Below the pieces are notes generated by a model, which was not told where the DNA came from, made no database searches, and worked only from the letters and a program-made list of their open reading frames with translations. The position numbers were made by a program, and so were the translations under genes. A DNA stretch of 64,000 nt, from assembly GCA_038251625.1 (NCBI GenBank), contig JBBSBE010000007.1:992-64991 (forward strand). Reading direction: 5' to 3'. This DNA is from Rhodobacterales bacterium (GTDB lineage: Bacteria; Pseudomonadota; Alphaproteobacteria; Rhodobacterales; Rhodobacteraceae). Positions 19,883 to 27,680 of this stretch are shown piece by piece; position 1 is the first letter of the stretch, and every line of letters begins with the position of its first letter.

Positions 19883-20722
19883 TCAGACCCGCACGCCGTG
19901 GCGCGCCGCAAGATCGGTGAAGAACTGCCACGCCACGCGGCCCGAACGCGCCCCGCGCGTGGCTTGCCATTCGATGGCTTCACCCCGCAGCGTTGCCTCG
20001 TCGATCACCAGCCCATGCGCGGCGCAGTAGCCCCGGATCATCTCGAGGTAATCATCCTGCGTGCAGGGGTGGAAGCCAAGCCAGAGCCCGAACCGATCCG
20101 ACAACGACACCTTTTCCTCGACCGCCTCGGACGGGCTGATGGCAGTCGAGCGTTCGTTCTCGATCATGTCGCGGGGCATCAGGTGACGGCGGTTCGAGGT
20201 GGCGTAGAAGATCACATTCTCTGGCCGCCCTTCAATCCCGCCGTCCAGCACCGCTTTCAGCGACTTGTAGTGCTGATCATCGTGGCTGAAGGACAGGTCA
20301 TCGCAGAACAGGATGAACCGCTCGGACGCGGCGCGCAGATGGCGCAGGAGGCGCGTGACGCTCGGCAAATCCTCGCGGCTCAACTCCACCAGTTTCAGCG
20401 GCAGACCGTCTGCGCGAACTTTCGCATGCACTGCCTTGACGAGGCTCGATTTTCCCATCCCCCGCGCACCCCAGAGAAGGGCGTTGTTGGCAGGCAATCC
20501 GGCAGCGAAATGGCGCGTGTTCTCGATCAGGATATCCCGCGCGCGGTTGACGCCGACCAGCAACGACAGATCAACGCGGCTGACGTTGGCCACCGGATCC
20601 AGCCGGTCTGGCGCCACATGCCAGACAAAGGCATCGGCGGCACCGAAATCCGGCACACCAAGCGGGGGCGGGTTCATCCGCTCCAGCGCGGCGGCGATAC
20701 GCTCCAACGGATCGCCCGTCAT
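19883..20722 (-). CDS. DUF815-family P-loop ATPase
   Basis: 279-aa ORF with Walker A GARGMGKSSLVKA and Walker B-like ILFCDDLSF. The overall pattern matches the DUF815/AAA-like ATP-binding proteins I know. Its start overlaps the tatC stop by 4 nt. Confidence 0.75.
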   Translation of the reverse strand: MTGDPLERIAAALERMNPPPLGVPDFGAADAFVWHVAPDRLDPVANVSRVDLSLLVGVNRARDILIENTRHFAAGLPANNALLWGARGMGKSSLVKAVHAKVRADGLPLKLVELSREDLPSVTRLLRHLRAASERFILFCDDLSFSHDDQHYKSLKAVLDGGIEGRPENVIFYATSNRRHLMPRDMIENERSTAISPSEAVEEKVSLSDRFGLWLGFHPCTQDDYLEMIRGYCAAHGLVIDEATLRGEAIEWQATRGARSGRVAWQFFTDLAARHGVRV

Positions 20723-21633
20723 GCCTTGCCCTCGGCGGGATCATCCTCGTCAGGTTCGTCATCGACCCAAAGGCCTTGCGCGCGCAAATCCGCCTCGCGC
20801 CGCCTCTCGATCCGGCGGATCAGGAAGATCGACACTTCATAGAGCGGATAGACCGCAAAGAAGAGGATCATCTGCGACATCACATCAGGCGGGGTGACGA
20901 TCGCGGCCAGCAGCAGGATCAGCACCAGTGCATATTTGCGCATCTTGGCCAGCCCGGCTGCGGTAACGATGCCCGCCTTCCCCATCAGCGTCAGCAGCAC
21001 CGGAAGCTGGAAGCAAAGCCCGAACGCGATGATCAACTTCAACGAGATATCCAGAGTTTCGTTGACCTTGCCCTGAAACACGATGTCGATGCCCGCCTCG
21101 CGCACCGGCGGCGCCGCCGCAACCTCGGCCCCCGGTGTACCCGTCAGGTTCGGGATCACCGCTGAGATCAGCGAAGACGCATCGGCAAAGCCAAGGAAGA
21201 ACTTCATCGCCAGCGGCGTCACCACGTAATGCGAGAATGTGGCCCCGATGATGAAAAGCGCGGGCGACGCCAGAAGGAAGGGCAGAAAGGCATTCTTTTC
21301 GTTGCGGTAAAGGCCCGGTGCCACGAAGCGCCACAACTGGTACCCGATCACGGGGAAAGACAGGGCGATCCCACCGACCATCGAGATGCGGATCAGGGTA
21401 AAGAAGTATTCCTGCGGTGCGGTGTACTGCATCACGGGATGTGGGTTGCCCAAGGCCCGCATCGCCTCTTCGATGGGGCGCAGCAGGATATCGAGGATCG
21501 GCTCGGCCACGACGAAACACGCGATCATCGCCACAAGGAACGCGATCACAGACCAGATTAGCCGGTTGCGCAGTTCGGCCAGATGCTCGATCAGCGGGGC
21601 GGCGCTGTCGTCGATGTCATCCTTGACGGTCAT
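20719..21633 (-). CDS. tatC: Twin-arginine translocase subunit TatC
   Basis: 304-aa six-TM ORF with APLIEHLAELRNRLIWS at the N-terminus, downstream of tatA and tatB. Confidence 0.9.
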   Translation of the reverse strand: MTVKDDIDDSAAPLIEHLAELRNRLIWSVIAFLVAMIACFVVAEPILDILLRPIEEAMRALGNPHPVMQYTAPQEYFFTLIRISMVGGIALSFPVIGYQLWRFVAPGLYRNEKNAFLPFLLASPALFIIGATFSHYVVTPLAMKFFLGFADASSLISAVIPNLTGTPGAEVAAAPPVREAGIDIVFQGKVNETLDISLKLIIAFGLCFQLPVLLTLMGKAGIVTAAGLAKMRKYALVLILLLAAIVTPPDVMSQMILFFAVYPLYEVSIFLIRRIERRREADLRAQGLWVDDEPDEDDPAEGKA

Positions 21634-22145
21634 GCGTCGCCCTTTGTGGTGTCGGCTGCGGCCTCGGCCACGGCGGCGCGGGCGGCCGCGCGTTTGGCGG
21701 CTCTGGCTTCGGACAGGGCCGCAGTGGCCGGGCCCATCGGTTTGGCTTCGGCAGGTGGCGTGGGCACGGCGGGTGGGGCGTCCACAGCCACCGTGCCGGC
21801 GGCGGGGGTGGCCGGTTTCGGCCCGACGGCAACCACGGGCTTTGCAGGGGCCGGTTTCGACGCTTTCAGCGGATCCCAGTTTTCAAACTTGCGCGCGGCG
21901 TCTTTCATCGAATCAAGGCCCATGCTGCGCGCGCTGGTGGCGTCCTTGATATCCTTGGCGACATCCTTGACCCCCGCCTCATCGGCGGCGGCTTCCATGG
22001 CGCGGCTGAATTCGCGCGCCATGCCCCGCGCCCGCGCGGTGAACCGGCCCAGGGTGCGAAACATCTCGGGCAGGTCTTTGGGGCCGATCACGATCAGCGC
22101 CACAATCCCGATGACGAGAAGTTCACTGCCACCGATATCCAGCAT
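21630..22145 (-). CDS. tatB: Twin-arginine translocase subunit TatB
   Basis: 171-aa ORF with MLDIGGSELLVIGIVALIVIGPKDLP.. and an Ala/Pro-rich tail. Confidence 0.85.
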   Translation of the reverse strand: MLDIGGSELLVIGIVALIVIGPKDLPEMFRTLGRFTARARGMAREFSRAMEAAADEAGVKDVAKDIKDATSARSMGLDSMKDAARKFENWDPLKASKPAPAKPVVAVGPKPATPAAGTVAVDAPPAVPTPPAEAKPMGPATAALSEARAAKRAAARAAVAEAAADTTKGDA

Positions 22146-22154
22146 GGGGCGCGC

Positions 22155-22373
22155 TTACGCCTTGTCTTTTTCGGGCGTGGGCGTCACGTCGCGTGCCTCT
22201 GCGTCCGATGATGCCCGCTCGATCTCGGCGGTTTCATCCTTCACGCCACGCTTGAAGGCGGTGATGCCCTTGCCCACTTCGCCCATCAGCGAAGAAATCT
22301 TGCCGCGCCCGAAAAGCACGAGCACGACGACGGCGATAAGAAGAAGGCCGGGAAGGCCGATGTTGTTCAGCAT
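22155..22373 (-). CDS. tatA: Twin-arginine translocase subunit TatA
   Basis: ORF 22155..22484 trimmed to ATG 22373: [43 protein letters not shown].. Confidence 0.85.
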   Translation of the reverse strand: MLNNIGLPGLLLIAVVVLVLFGRGKISSLMGEVGKGITAFKRGVKDETAEIERASSDAEARDVTPTPEKDKA

Positions 22374-22522
22374 GTCTGTGGCTCCCTGAACGGTAGCGCA
22401 CCCCTTGGCCGGGGCGCCGGATGGGGGTTGATTTATCCACACGGCGGCGCGCTGCAAAGGCCGAAACGGCTTGGCAGGGCTCACAACTGACAGTATTTTG
22501 TCAGTAAGTGGGGGCTCTGCCG

Positions 22523-22876
22523 ATGAAACGGGATGACCGCATCTATGATCTGATCCGCATCCTGCGCGACGGGCGGCTGCATACGGCAGAGGAGTTGGCC
22601 GGTGAAATGGGGGTCTCCACCCGCACGATCTGGCGCGACATGGGGGTGATGGCCGCCACCGGCCTGCCGGTCGAGGGCGCGCGGGGGCTGGGCTACATCC
22701 TGCGCGCGCCGTTGGTGCTGCCCCCGATGGTGATGACGGCGGATGAGGCGGCGGCGCTGGCAGAGGGGTTGCGGCATGTCGAGGCGTCGGGCGGGCTGCA
22801 TGCCCGCGCCGCGCGCAACCTGATGGCCAAGATCACCACGCTTCTGCCGCAAGTGGGGGCAGAGGCAGATAGCTGA
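22523..22876 (+). CDS. YafY-family HTH protein, truncated (no WYL domain)
   Basis: ORF 22508..22876; likely start [40 protein letters not shown].. It ends after about 117 aa. By my hand alignment it is about 60% identical over 85 aa to the N-terminus of the full-length YafY at 23347. Confidence 0.65.
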   Translation: MKRDDRIYDLIRILRDGRLHTAEELAGEMGVSTRTIWRDMGVMAATGLPVEGARGLGYILRAPLVLPPMVMTADEAAALAEGLRHVEASGGLHARAARNLMAKITTLLPQVGAEADS

Positions 22877-22937
22877 CAGGGTGTTGTCAGTTGGCCCCTG
22901 CCAGAAGGGGCGCATCGCAACCCTGAAAGGACCCGCC

Positions 22938-23315
22938 ATGCGCTGCCTTACTGCCCTGTCCCTGCTGATCGCCCTTGCCCCCGCAGATGCGGTGCGCGCC
23001 GATGGCGCCGCCGGCCCGGTGATGGAGGTGGTCACCTTCCGCCTCGCTCCAGGCACAACCGAGGCCGCTTTCCTGACCGCCGCCCGGGCGACAGAGGCGC
23101 CCCTTTCCCGCCAGCCCGGCTTTGTTTCCCGCCGCCTGCTGCAAGGCGACGGTGGTCTTTGGACCGACCTTGTGGAGTGGCAGACCCGCGCGCAGGCAGA
23201 AGCGGCAGCGGCGGTGATGATGGCCGACCCGGCCTTCACGGCCTTCATCGTCGCCATCGACCCTGCCTCCATCGCGATGTCGCATCCCGGCATCCGATGG
23301 CGCATGGGCGATTGA
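22938..23315 (+). CDS. Secreted ABM/Dabb-like (antibiotic-biosynthesis-monooxygenase fold) protein
   Basis: ORF 22881..23315 trimmed to ATG 22938. Signal peptide MRCLTALSLLIALAPADAVRA, then ..MEVVTFRLAPGTTEAAFLTAA..QPGFVSRRLL...WTDLVEWQTRAQAEAA.. typical of small ferredoxin-like ABM domains. Confidence 0.55.
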   Translation: MRCLTALSLLIALAPADAVRADGAAGPVMEVVTFRLAPGTTEAAFLTAARATEAPLSRQPGFVSRRLLQGDGGLWTDLVEWQTRAQAEAAAAVMMADPAFTAFIVAIDPASIAMSHPGIRWRMGD

Positions 23316-23346
23316 CCGGCCCCGCCTGTCCCGGCACCCTGACGCG

Positions 23347-24072
23347 ATGCGCCGCACCGACCGTCTGTTCGACCTGATCCAGATCCTGCGTGACGGGCGG
23401 TTGCATACCGCCCGATCCATGGCCGCACAGGTAGAGGTGTCAGTGCGCACGATCTGGCGCGACATGGGTGCTTTGCAGGCTTCTGGCCTTCCGGTCGATG
23501 GCGAGCGTGGCGTGGGCTATATCCTGCGCGAAGCCATCGACCTGCCACCCCTGACGCTGACAGCCGACGAGATCGAGGCGCTGCGCCTTGGGGCGGCGCT
23601 GGTCGGGCGCGGGGCCGATCCCTCACTGGCGCGTGCGGCGCAGTCGCTGCGTGCCAAGGTGGAGGGCGTTCTGCCAGCCCGTCTGGTGGCCACCCCGGGT
23701 GCGACGGGCCCTTTCATCTTTACCGGGCGCGAGACGGAAGACAGCGCCATCCACCTGCCGACCCTGCGCCATGCCTTGCGCGAACGCGAACGGCTGCGCG
23801 TTGACTACCGCGATGCTGGGCGCGCCCTTACCACCCGTATTGTGCGGCCTTTGCAGCTTGAATTCTGGGGGCGGGTCTGGACGCTGGCCGCCTTTTGCGA
23901 GACGCGGGCCGACTTTCGCACGTTCCGGCTTGACCGGATCGAGCGCCTTGGCCTTGCTGGCGGGGCGTTCGCAGCAGAACCCGGGCGCGAACTGGCAGAC
24001 TACATGGCCCGCCTCGATCATCGGGGGTCACTGCCTGCCCCGGCGGAACACACGGGCGCCGATCAGAGCTAG
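23347..24072 (+). CDS. YafY-family transcriptional regulator (HTH + WYL domain)
   Basis: 241-aa ORF with an N-terminal HTH ([31 protein letters not shown]). The C-terminal WYL-like block reads RLRVDYRDAGRALTTRIVRPLQLEFWGRVWTLAAFCETRADFRTFRLDRI. Confidence 0.8.
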   Translation: MRRTDRLFDLIQILRDGRLHTARSMAAQVEVSVRTIWRDMGALQASGLPVDGERGVGYILREAIDLPPLTLTADEIEALRLGAALVGRGADPSLARAAQSLRAKVEGVLPARLVATPGATGPFIFTGRETEDSAIHLPTLRHALRERERLRVDYRDAGRALTTRIVRPLQLEFWGRVWTLAAFCETRADFRTFRLDRIERLGLAGGAFAAEPGRELADYMARLDHRGSLPAPAEHTGADQS

Positions 24073-25157
24073 GACACCTGATCGCGCGCGGGAAAGACAA
24101 AGCAGCGGTCGCGCCGGATCATCAGCCAAAGCGTGGTGCCGGGCTTGGGAAGGAACACGCCGGGCACCGATGCCGTCAGGCGTGCCGCGCCGAAATCCAT
24201 TGCGAAATCCACCAGACTTTCGCGGCCCAGATAGCGCGCCCGCGTGACCGTGCCGCGCGCGGGCGTGCCGTCCTGCGGGGTGGGATCGGGGCCGCGACCT
24301 GCGCGGTCAAAGTCGATCTTGAGGTGTTGGGGCCGGATCACGATCTCGACCCCGGCCCCGTCCGCGTGGCCGGGGGTCAGAAAGGCGCCAAACGGCGTAT
24401 CCGTCAGCGCACCGCGGGAAACCCCCTTGATCACGTTGATATCGCTGAAGAACGCCGCCGCCGCACGGTCCACCGGCGCGTTGTAGATGTTGTAGGGGCT
24501 GCCGCGCTGCACGATCTGGCCGCCCCGCATCAGCGCGATCTCGTCGCCCATCCGCAGGGCTTCGTCCGGTTCGTGCGTGACCAGCAGGACGGCGGTGCCC
24601 TCTTCCTTCAACACCTCGAGCGTGGTGTCGCGGATGCCGTCGCGCAGTCGGTTGTCGAGGCCGGAAAAGGGTTCGTCCATCAGCATCACGCGGGGGCGTG
24701 GCGCCAGCGCGCGGGCCAGTGCCACACGCTGCTGCTCACCGCCCGACAACTGGTGTGGATGCTTGCCGCCAAAACCCGTCAGGTTTACACGCTCCAAGAG
24801 CGCCCCCACCCGCGCCGCGCGGCCCTCGCCCCGGAGGCCAAAGCCCACGTTCTGCGCCACGGTCAGATGCGGAAAAAGCGCGAAATCCTGAAACATCAGC
24901 CCCACCGACCGCGCCTCTGGCGGCACGAAGACGCCCGGCCCGCTTACAATCCGCCCGGCGATCCGCACCCGGCCCGCATCCGGCAACTCGACGCCCGCGA
25001 TCATCCGCAGCGTGGTGGACTTGCCGCAACCCGACGGGCCGAGAAGGCACATCACCTGCCCCGCCGCCACCGAAAGCGTGACCCCATCCACAACCGGCGC
25101 CCCGCCAAAGCGTCGGGTCAGGCCTTCGGTTTCCAGAAGCGGGTCAGGCAGGGGCAT
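24069..25157 (-). CDS. ABC transporter ATP-binding protein, PotA/FbpC/CysA-type with C-terminal TOBE-like domain (no cognate permease or SBP adjacent)
   Basis: 362-aa ORF with Walker A GPSGCGKSTTLRMIAG, signature LSGGEQQRVALARAL and Walker B MLMDEPFSGLD. Confidence 0.85.
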   Translation of the reverse strand: MPLPDPLLETEGLTRRFGGAPVVDGVTLSVAAGQVMCLLGPSGCGKSTTLRMIAGVELPDAGRVRIAGRIVSGPGVFVPPEARSVGLMFQDFALFPHLTVAQNVGFGLRGEGRAARVGALLERVNLTGFGGKHPHQLSGGEQQRVALARALAPRPRVMLMDEPFSGLDNRLRDGIRDTTLEVLKEEGTAVLLVTHEPDEALRMGDEIALMRGGQIVQRGSPYNIYNAPVDRAAAAFFSDINVIKGVSRGALTDTPFGAFLTPGHADGAGVEIVIRPQHLKIDFDRAGRGPDPTPQDGTPARGTVTRARYLGRESLVDFAMDFGAARLTASVPGVFLPKPGTTLWLMIRRDRCFVFPARDQVS

Positions 25158-25292
25158 GTTTTCCGAGCGTTTCCATCGGGATTACCGCGCAGATAACAGC
25201 GCAAGCCCCGCCCTGCAATCCCCAGGCGCCCTGCGCTGCGTGCCATCGGATGAAGGATGTGGGCGCGCATGGGGCCACCATGCGGCCCCGCA

Positions 25293-26072
25293 TCAGATCG
25301 TGGCGTTCGTCGCACCTCCATCCAGAAGGATGTTCTGCGCCACGATAAAGCCCGCATGCTGCGAGCACAGAAACGCGCACATCGCCCCAAACTCGGCCGC
25401 CGTTCCGTAGCGGCGGGTGGGGATCGTCGCCTCGCGGTTGGCCCGCGCCTCTTCGACCGAGATGTTCTGCGCCCGGCTTACACCGCCATCCAAGGCCACC
25501 GCGCGGTCGGTATCATGGATGCCGGGCAGCAGGTTGTTTACCGTCACGCCATACTGCGCCACCTGCCGCGCCGTACCCGCGACATACCCCGTCAGACCCG
25601 TGCGCGCCGCATTGGACAGCCCCAGCGCCGGGACCGGCGCCTTCACCGATTGCGAGGTGATATTCACCACGCGGCCCCAACCACGGTCGATCATCCCGGG
25701 CATCAGCGCCGTCATCAGCGCGATGGGTGTCAGCATGTTGGCATCGAGCGCACGGATGAAATCCGCCCGCCCCCAGTCGGACCAGATACCGGGCGGCGGG
25801 CCGCCTGCGTTGGTGACAAGGATATCCACTGTGCCCGCAGCCTGAAGCACCTGCGCCCGACCCTCCTCGCTGGTGATGTCGGCCGCAACCGTCACCACGT
25901 CCACCCCGTGGGCCGCCCGGATCGCCGCTGCCGTGGCCTCCAGCGCCTCTGCCCCGCGCGCGTTCAGGACCAGCGACACGCCTGCCCCGGCCAGCGCTTC
26001 GGCGCAGCCGCGCCCCAGCCCTTTGGAGCCCGCGCAGACCAGTGCCCGCTTTCCCCTGATACCAAGGTCCAT
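25293..26072 (-). CDS. Short-chain dehydrogenase/reductase family protein, atypical catalytic motif
   Basis: ORF 25293..26225 trimmed to ATG 26072. It reads MDLGIRGKRALVCAGSKGLGRG.. (a variant of TGxxxGIG) and NAGG. At the position of YxxxK I read LSNAAR, which suggests a non-canonical subgroup. Confidence 0.75.
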   Translation of the reverse strand: MDLGIRGKRALVCAGSKGLGRGCAEALAGAGVSLVLNARGAEALEATAAAIRAAHGVDVVTVAADITSEEGRAQVLQAAGTVDILVTNAGGPPPGIWSDWGRADFIRALDANMLTPIALMTALMPGMIDRGWGRVVNITSQSVKAPVPALGLSNAARTGLTGYVAGTARQVAQYGVTVNNLLPGIHDTDRAVALDGGVSRAQNISVEEARANREATIPTRRYGTAAEFGAMCAFLCSQHAGFIVAQNILLDGGATNATI

Positions 26073-26173
26073 CCGACCCTCCCTTGTGCTGATGCCTGCT
26101 TGGGTTAGCAGGACTGCCCGGGTGAGGAAAGGCCACGTTGACGCTTGGGTAGGCAGTCTGCTAACCGCCAAAC

Positions 26174-27205
26174 TTGCCCCATACGGCACCATCGGAGTGT
26201 TTGGACTTGCCGCAGCCTGCCGCATCCTCGCCTGTCGCGCAGACCTGCCAGGTCTTCGTCGCCGGTGATATCTTTGTCAGCCAGGGCGTAAACGTCGGTG
26301 AAGGGCTGGCGCTTCCCGAAGACGTTTGCGCGGGCGATATCTATCGGCTGGACCCCGAGGCAAGGCCCTTGCGGCTTGCGCTTGGGCACGGGGTCGGCGG
26401 GCAAAGCGTCGCCGACGGATCCGAGATTGGCATGGCGGGTGCGGCGGTGCGCCTGATCGCGCGCTACCGCATGATGGGCGGGGGCGGCGAAGGCATGGAC
26501 CTTCTGCTGATTGATATCGAGGGGGCCGATCTCTGCACGCTGCCCTTGTCTCCCATGGCCGTCCGCTCGGATTACACGCTGTTGTCGGTGGAACAGGACC
26601 CGGGCAAGGTTCAATTGTCAGACCTGATCTGCATGTCCTTTGCACGCGGGACGCTGATCACGCTCGGCGATGGCCGCCAAAGCCCGATCGAGGCGCTGGC
26701 GCCCGGCACCCTGGTGCTGACCCGCGATCACGGGCGACAGCCGGTGCGCTGGGTGGGCAGGGCCACGCTGCGGGCGGTGGGCAGTTTTGCGCCCGTCGTC
26801 ATCACCAAGGGTACGCTTGGCAATGCGGGTGATCTGATCGTCAGCCCACACCACCGCATCTTTCTCTACCAGCGCCAGCGCAAGGCAGGGATGGGCACGT
26901 CGGAGGTTCTGGTGCAGGCCAAGCATCTGGTGAACGACGAAACCGTGTTTCGCCATCAGGGCGGCTTTGTCGATTACTTCAGCCTTGTGTTCGACGCGCA
27001 CGAGATCATCTATGCCGAAGGGATCCCGGTCGAAAGCCTGATGGTCAACGAGGCCACCGTCACGCGCCTGCCCGCCGAATTCGCCGAAGACCTGCGCGCC
27101 CGGTTTCCGGGCCTGAGCCAGGTTCAGCATTTCGGCACCGAAGCGGATGCCGGTGCCGTTGATGCCTTGGTGCCGGGCCTGAAGGGCGGGCCGGGCCGAC
27201 GCTAG
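26174..27205 (+). CDS. Hint (Hedgehog/intein, Hint_2-type) domain-containing protein
   Basis: 343-aa ORF whose track start is a TTG, so the true start is uncertain. The central block SFARGTLITLGDGRQSPIEALAPGTLVLTRDHGRQPVRWVG...VSPHHRIFL...AKHLV...YFSLVFDAHEIIYAEGIPVESL matches the bacterial Hint_2 pattern common in Rhodobacterales. Confidence 0.8.
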   Translation: MPHTAPSECLDLPQPAASSPVAQTCQVFVAGDIFVSQGVNVGEGLALPEDVCAGDIYRLDPEARPLRLALGHGVGGQSVADGSEIGMAGAAVRLIARYRMMGGGGEGMDLLLIDIEGADLCTLPLSPMAVRSDYTLLSVEQDPGKVQLSDLICMSFARGTLITLGDGRQSPIEALAPGTLVLTRDHGRQPVRWVGRATLRAVGSFAPVVITKGTLGNAGDLIVSPHHRIFLYQRQRKAGMGTSEVLVQAKHLVNDETVFRHQGGFVDYFSLVFDAHEIIYAEGIPVESLMVNEATVTRLPAEFAEDLRARFPGLSQVQHFGTEADAGAVDALVPGLKGGPGRR

Positions 27206-27570
27206 GACGCGCCGTAGAAGAATTCTTCCCGCACGATCTTGCCATCGGCCACGTGATAGACGGCGACCTCGCGCATCTGCATGCGCTCTTTGGTTTCCTT
27301 TGTCTCGACATCCATGCCGAAGATTACGGCAAACCGATCATCGCCATGGACGAACGGGCCTTCGACAGTGGCGCCGTGGATGATGTGCGCGCTTTCCCAC
27401 CAGTCATGCTTGCCATGGATACCGGCAAGGCCCTTCGTCTCGCGTCCGCCGCCCATATCTGCAGCCTCGACCGACACCGCGTCGGGGGCGTACAATTTGT
27501 CGAGGTTTGCGCTTGCGCGCCCCTCGCGGCAGCCTGCGACCAGTTCGTTTGCAATGTCGGTCAGCGTCAT
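27202..27570 (-). CDS. SnoaL-like / NTF2-fold protein
   Basis: ORF 27202..27591; likely start MTLTDIANELVAGCREGRASANLDKLYAPDAVSVEA... and ..VAVYHVADGKIVREEFFY, typical of the SnoaL_2/ketosteroid-isomerase-like fold. It overlaps the Hint gene stop by 4 nt (convergent). Confidence 0.65.
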   Translation of the reverse strand: MTLTDIANELVAGCREGRASANLDKLYAPDAVSVEAADMGGGRETKGLAGIHGKHDWWESAHIIHGATVEGPFVHGDDRFAVIFGMDVETKETKERMQMREVAVYHVADGKIVREEFFYGAS

Positions 27571-27680
27571 GGCGTCCTCACAGATGTTCATTTATTGTTC
27601 TCACCCTACGCGCATTTCATGACGCGATCAAGACAGGCCTGCCCGTTGCGCTTGGCCACGGCTGGCCCTATAGCCCGGCC

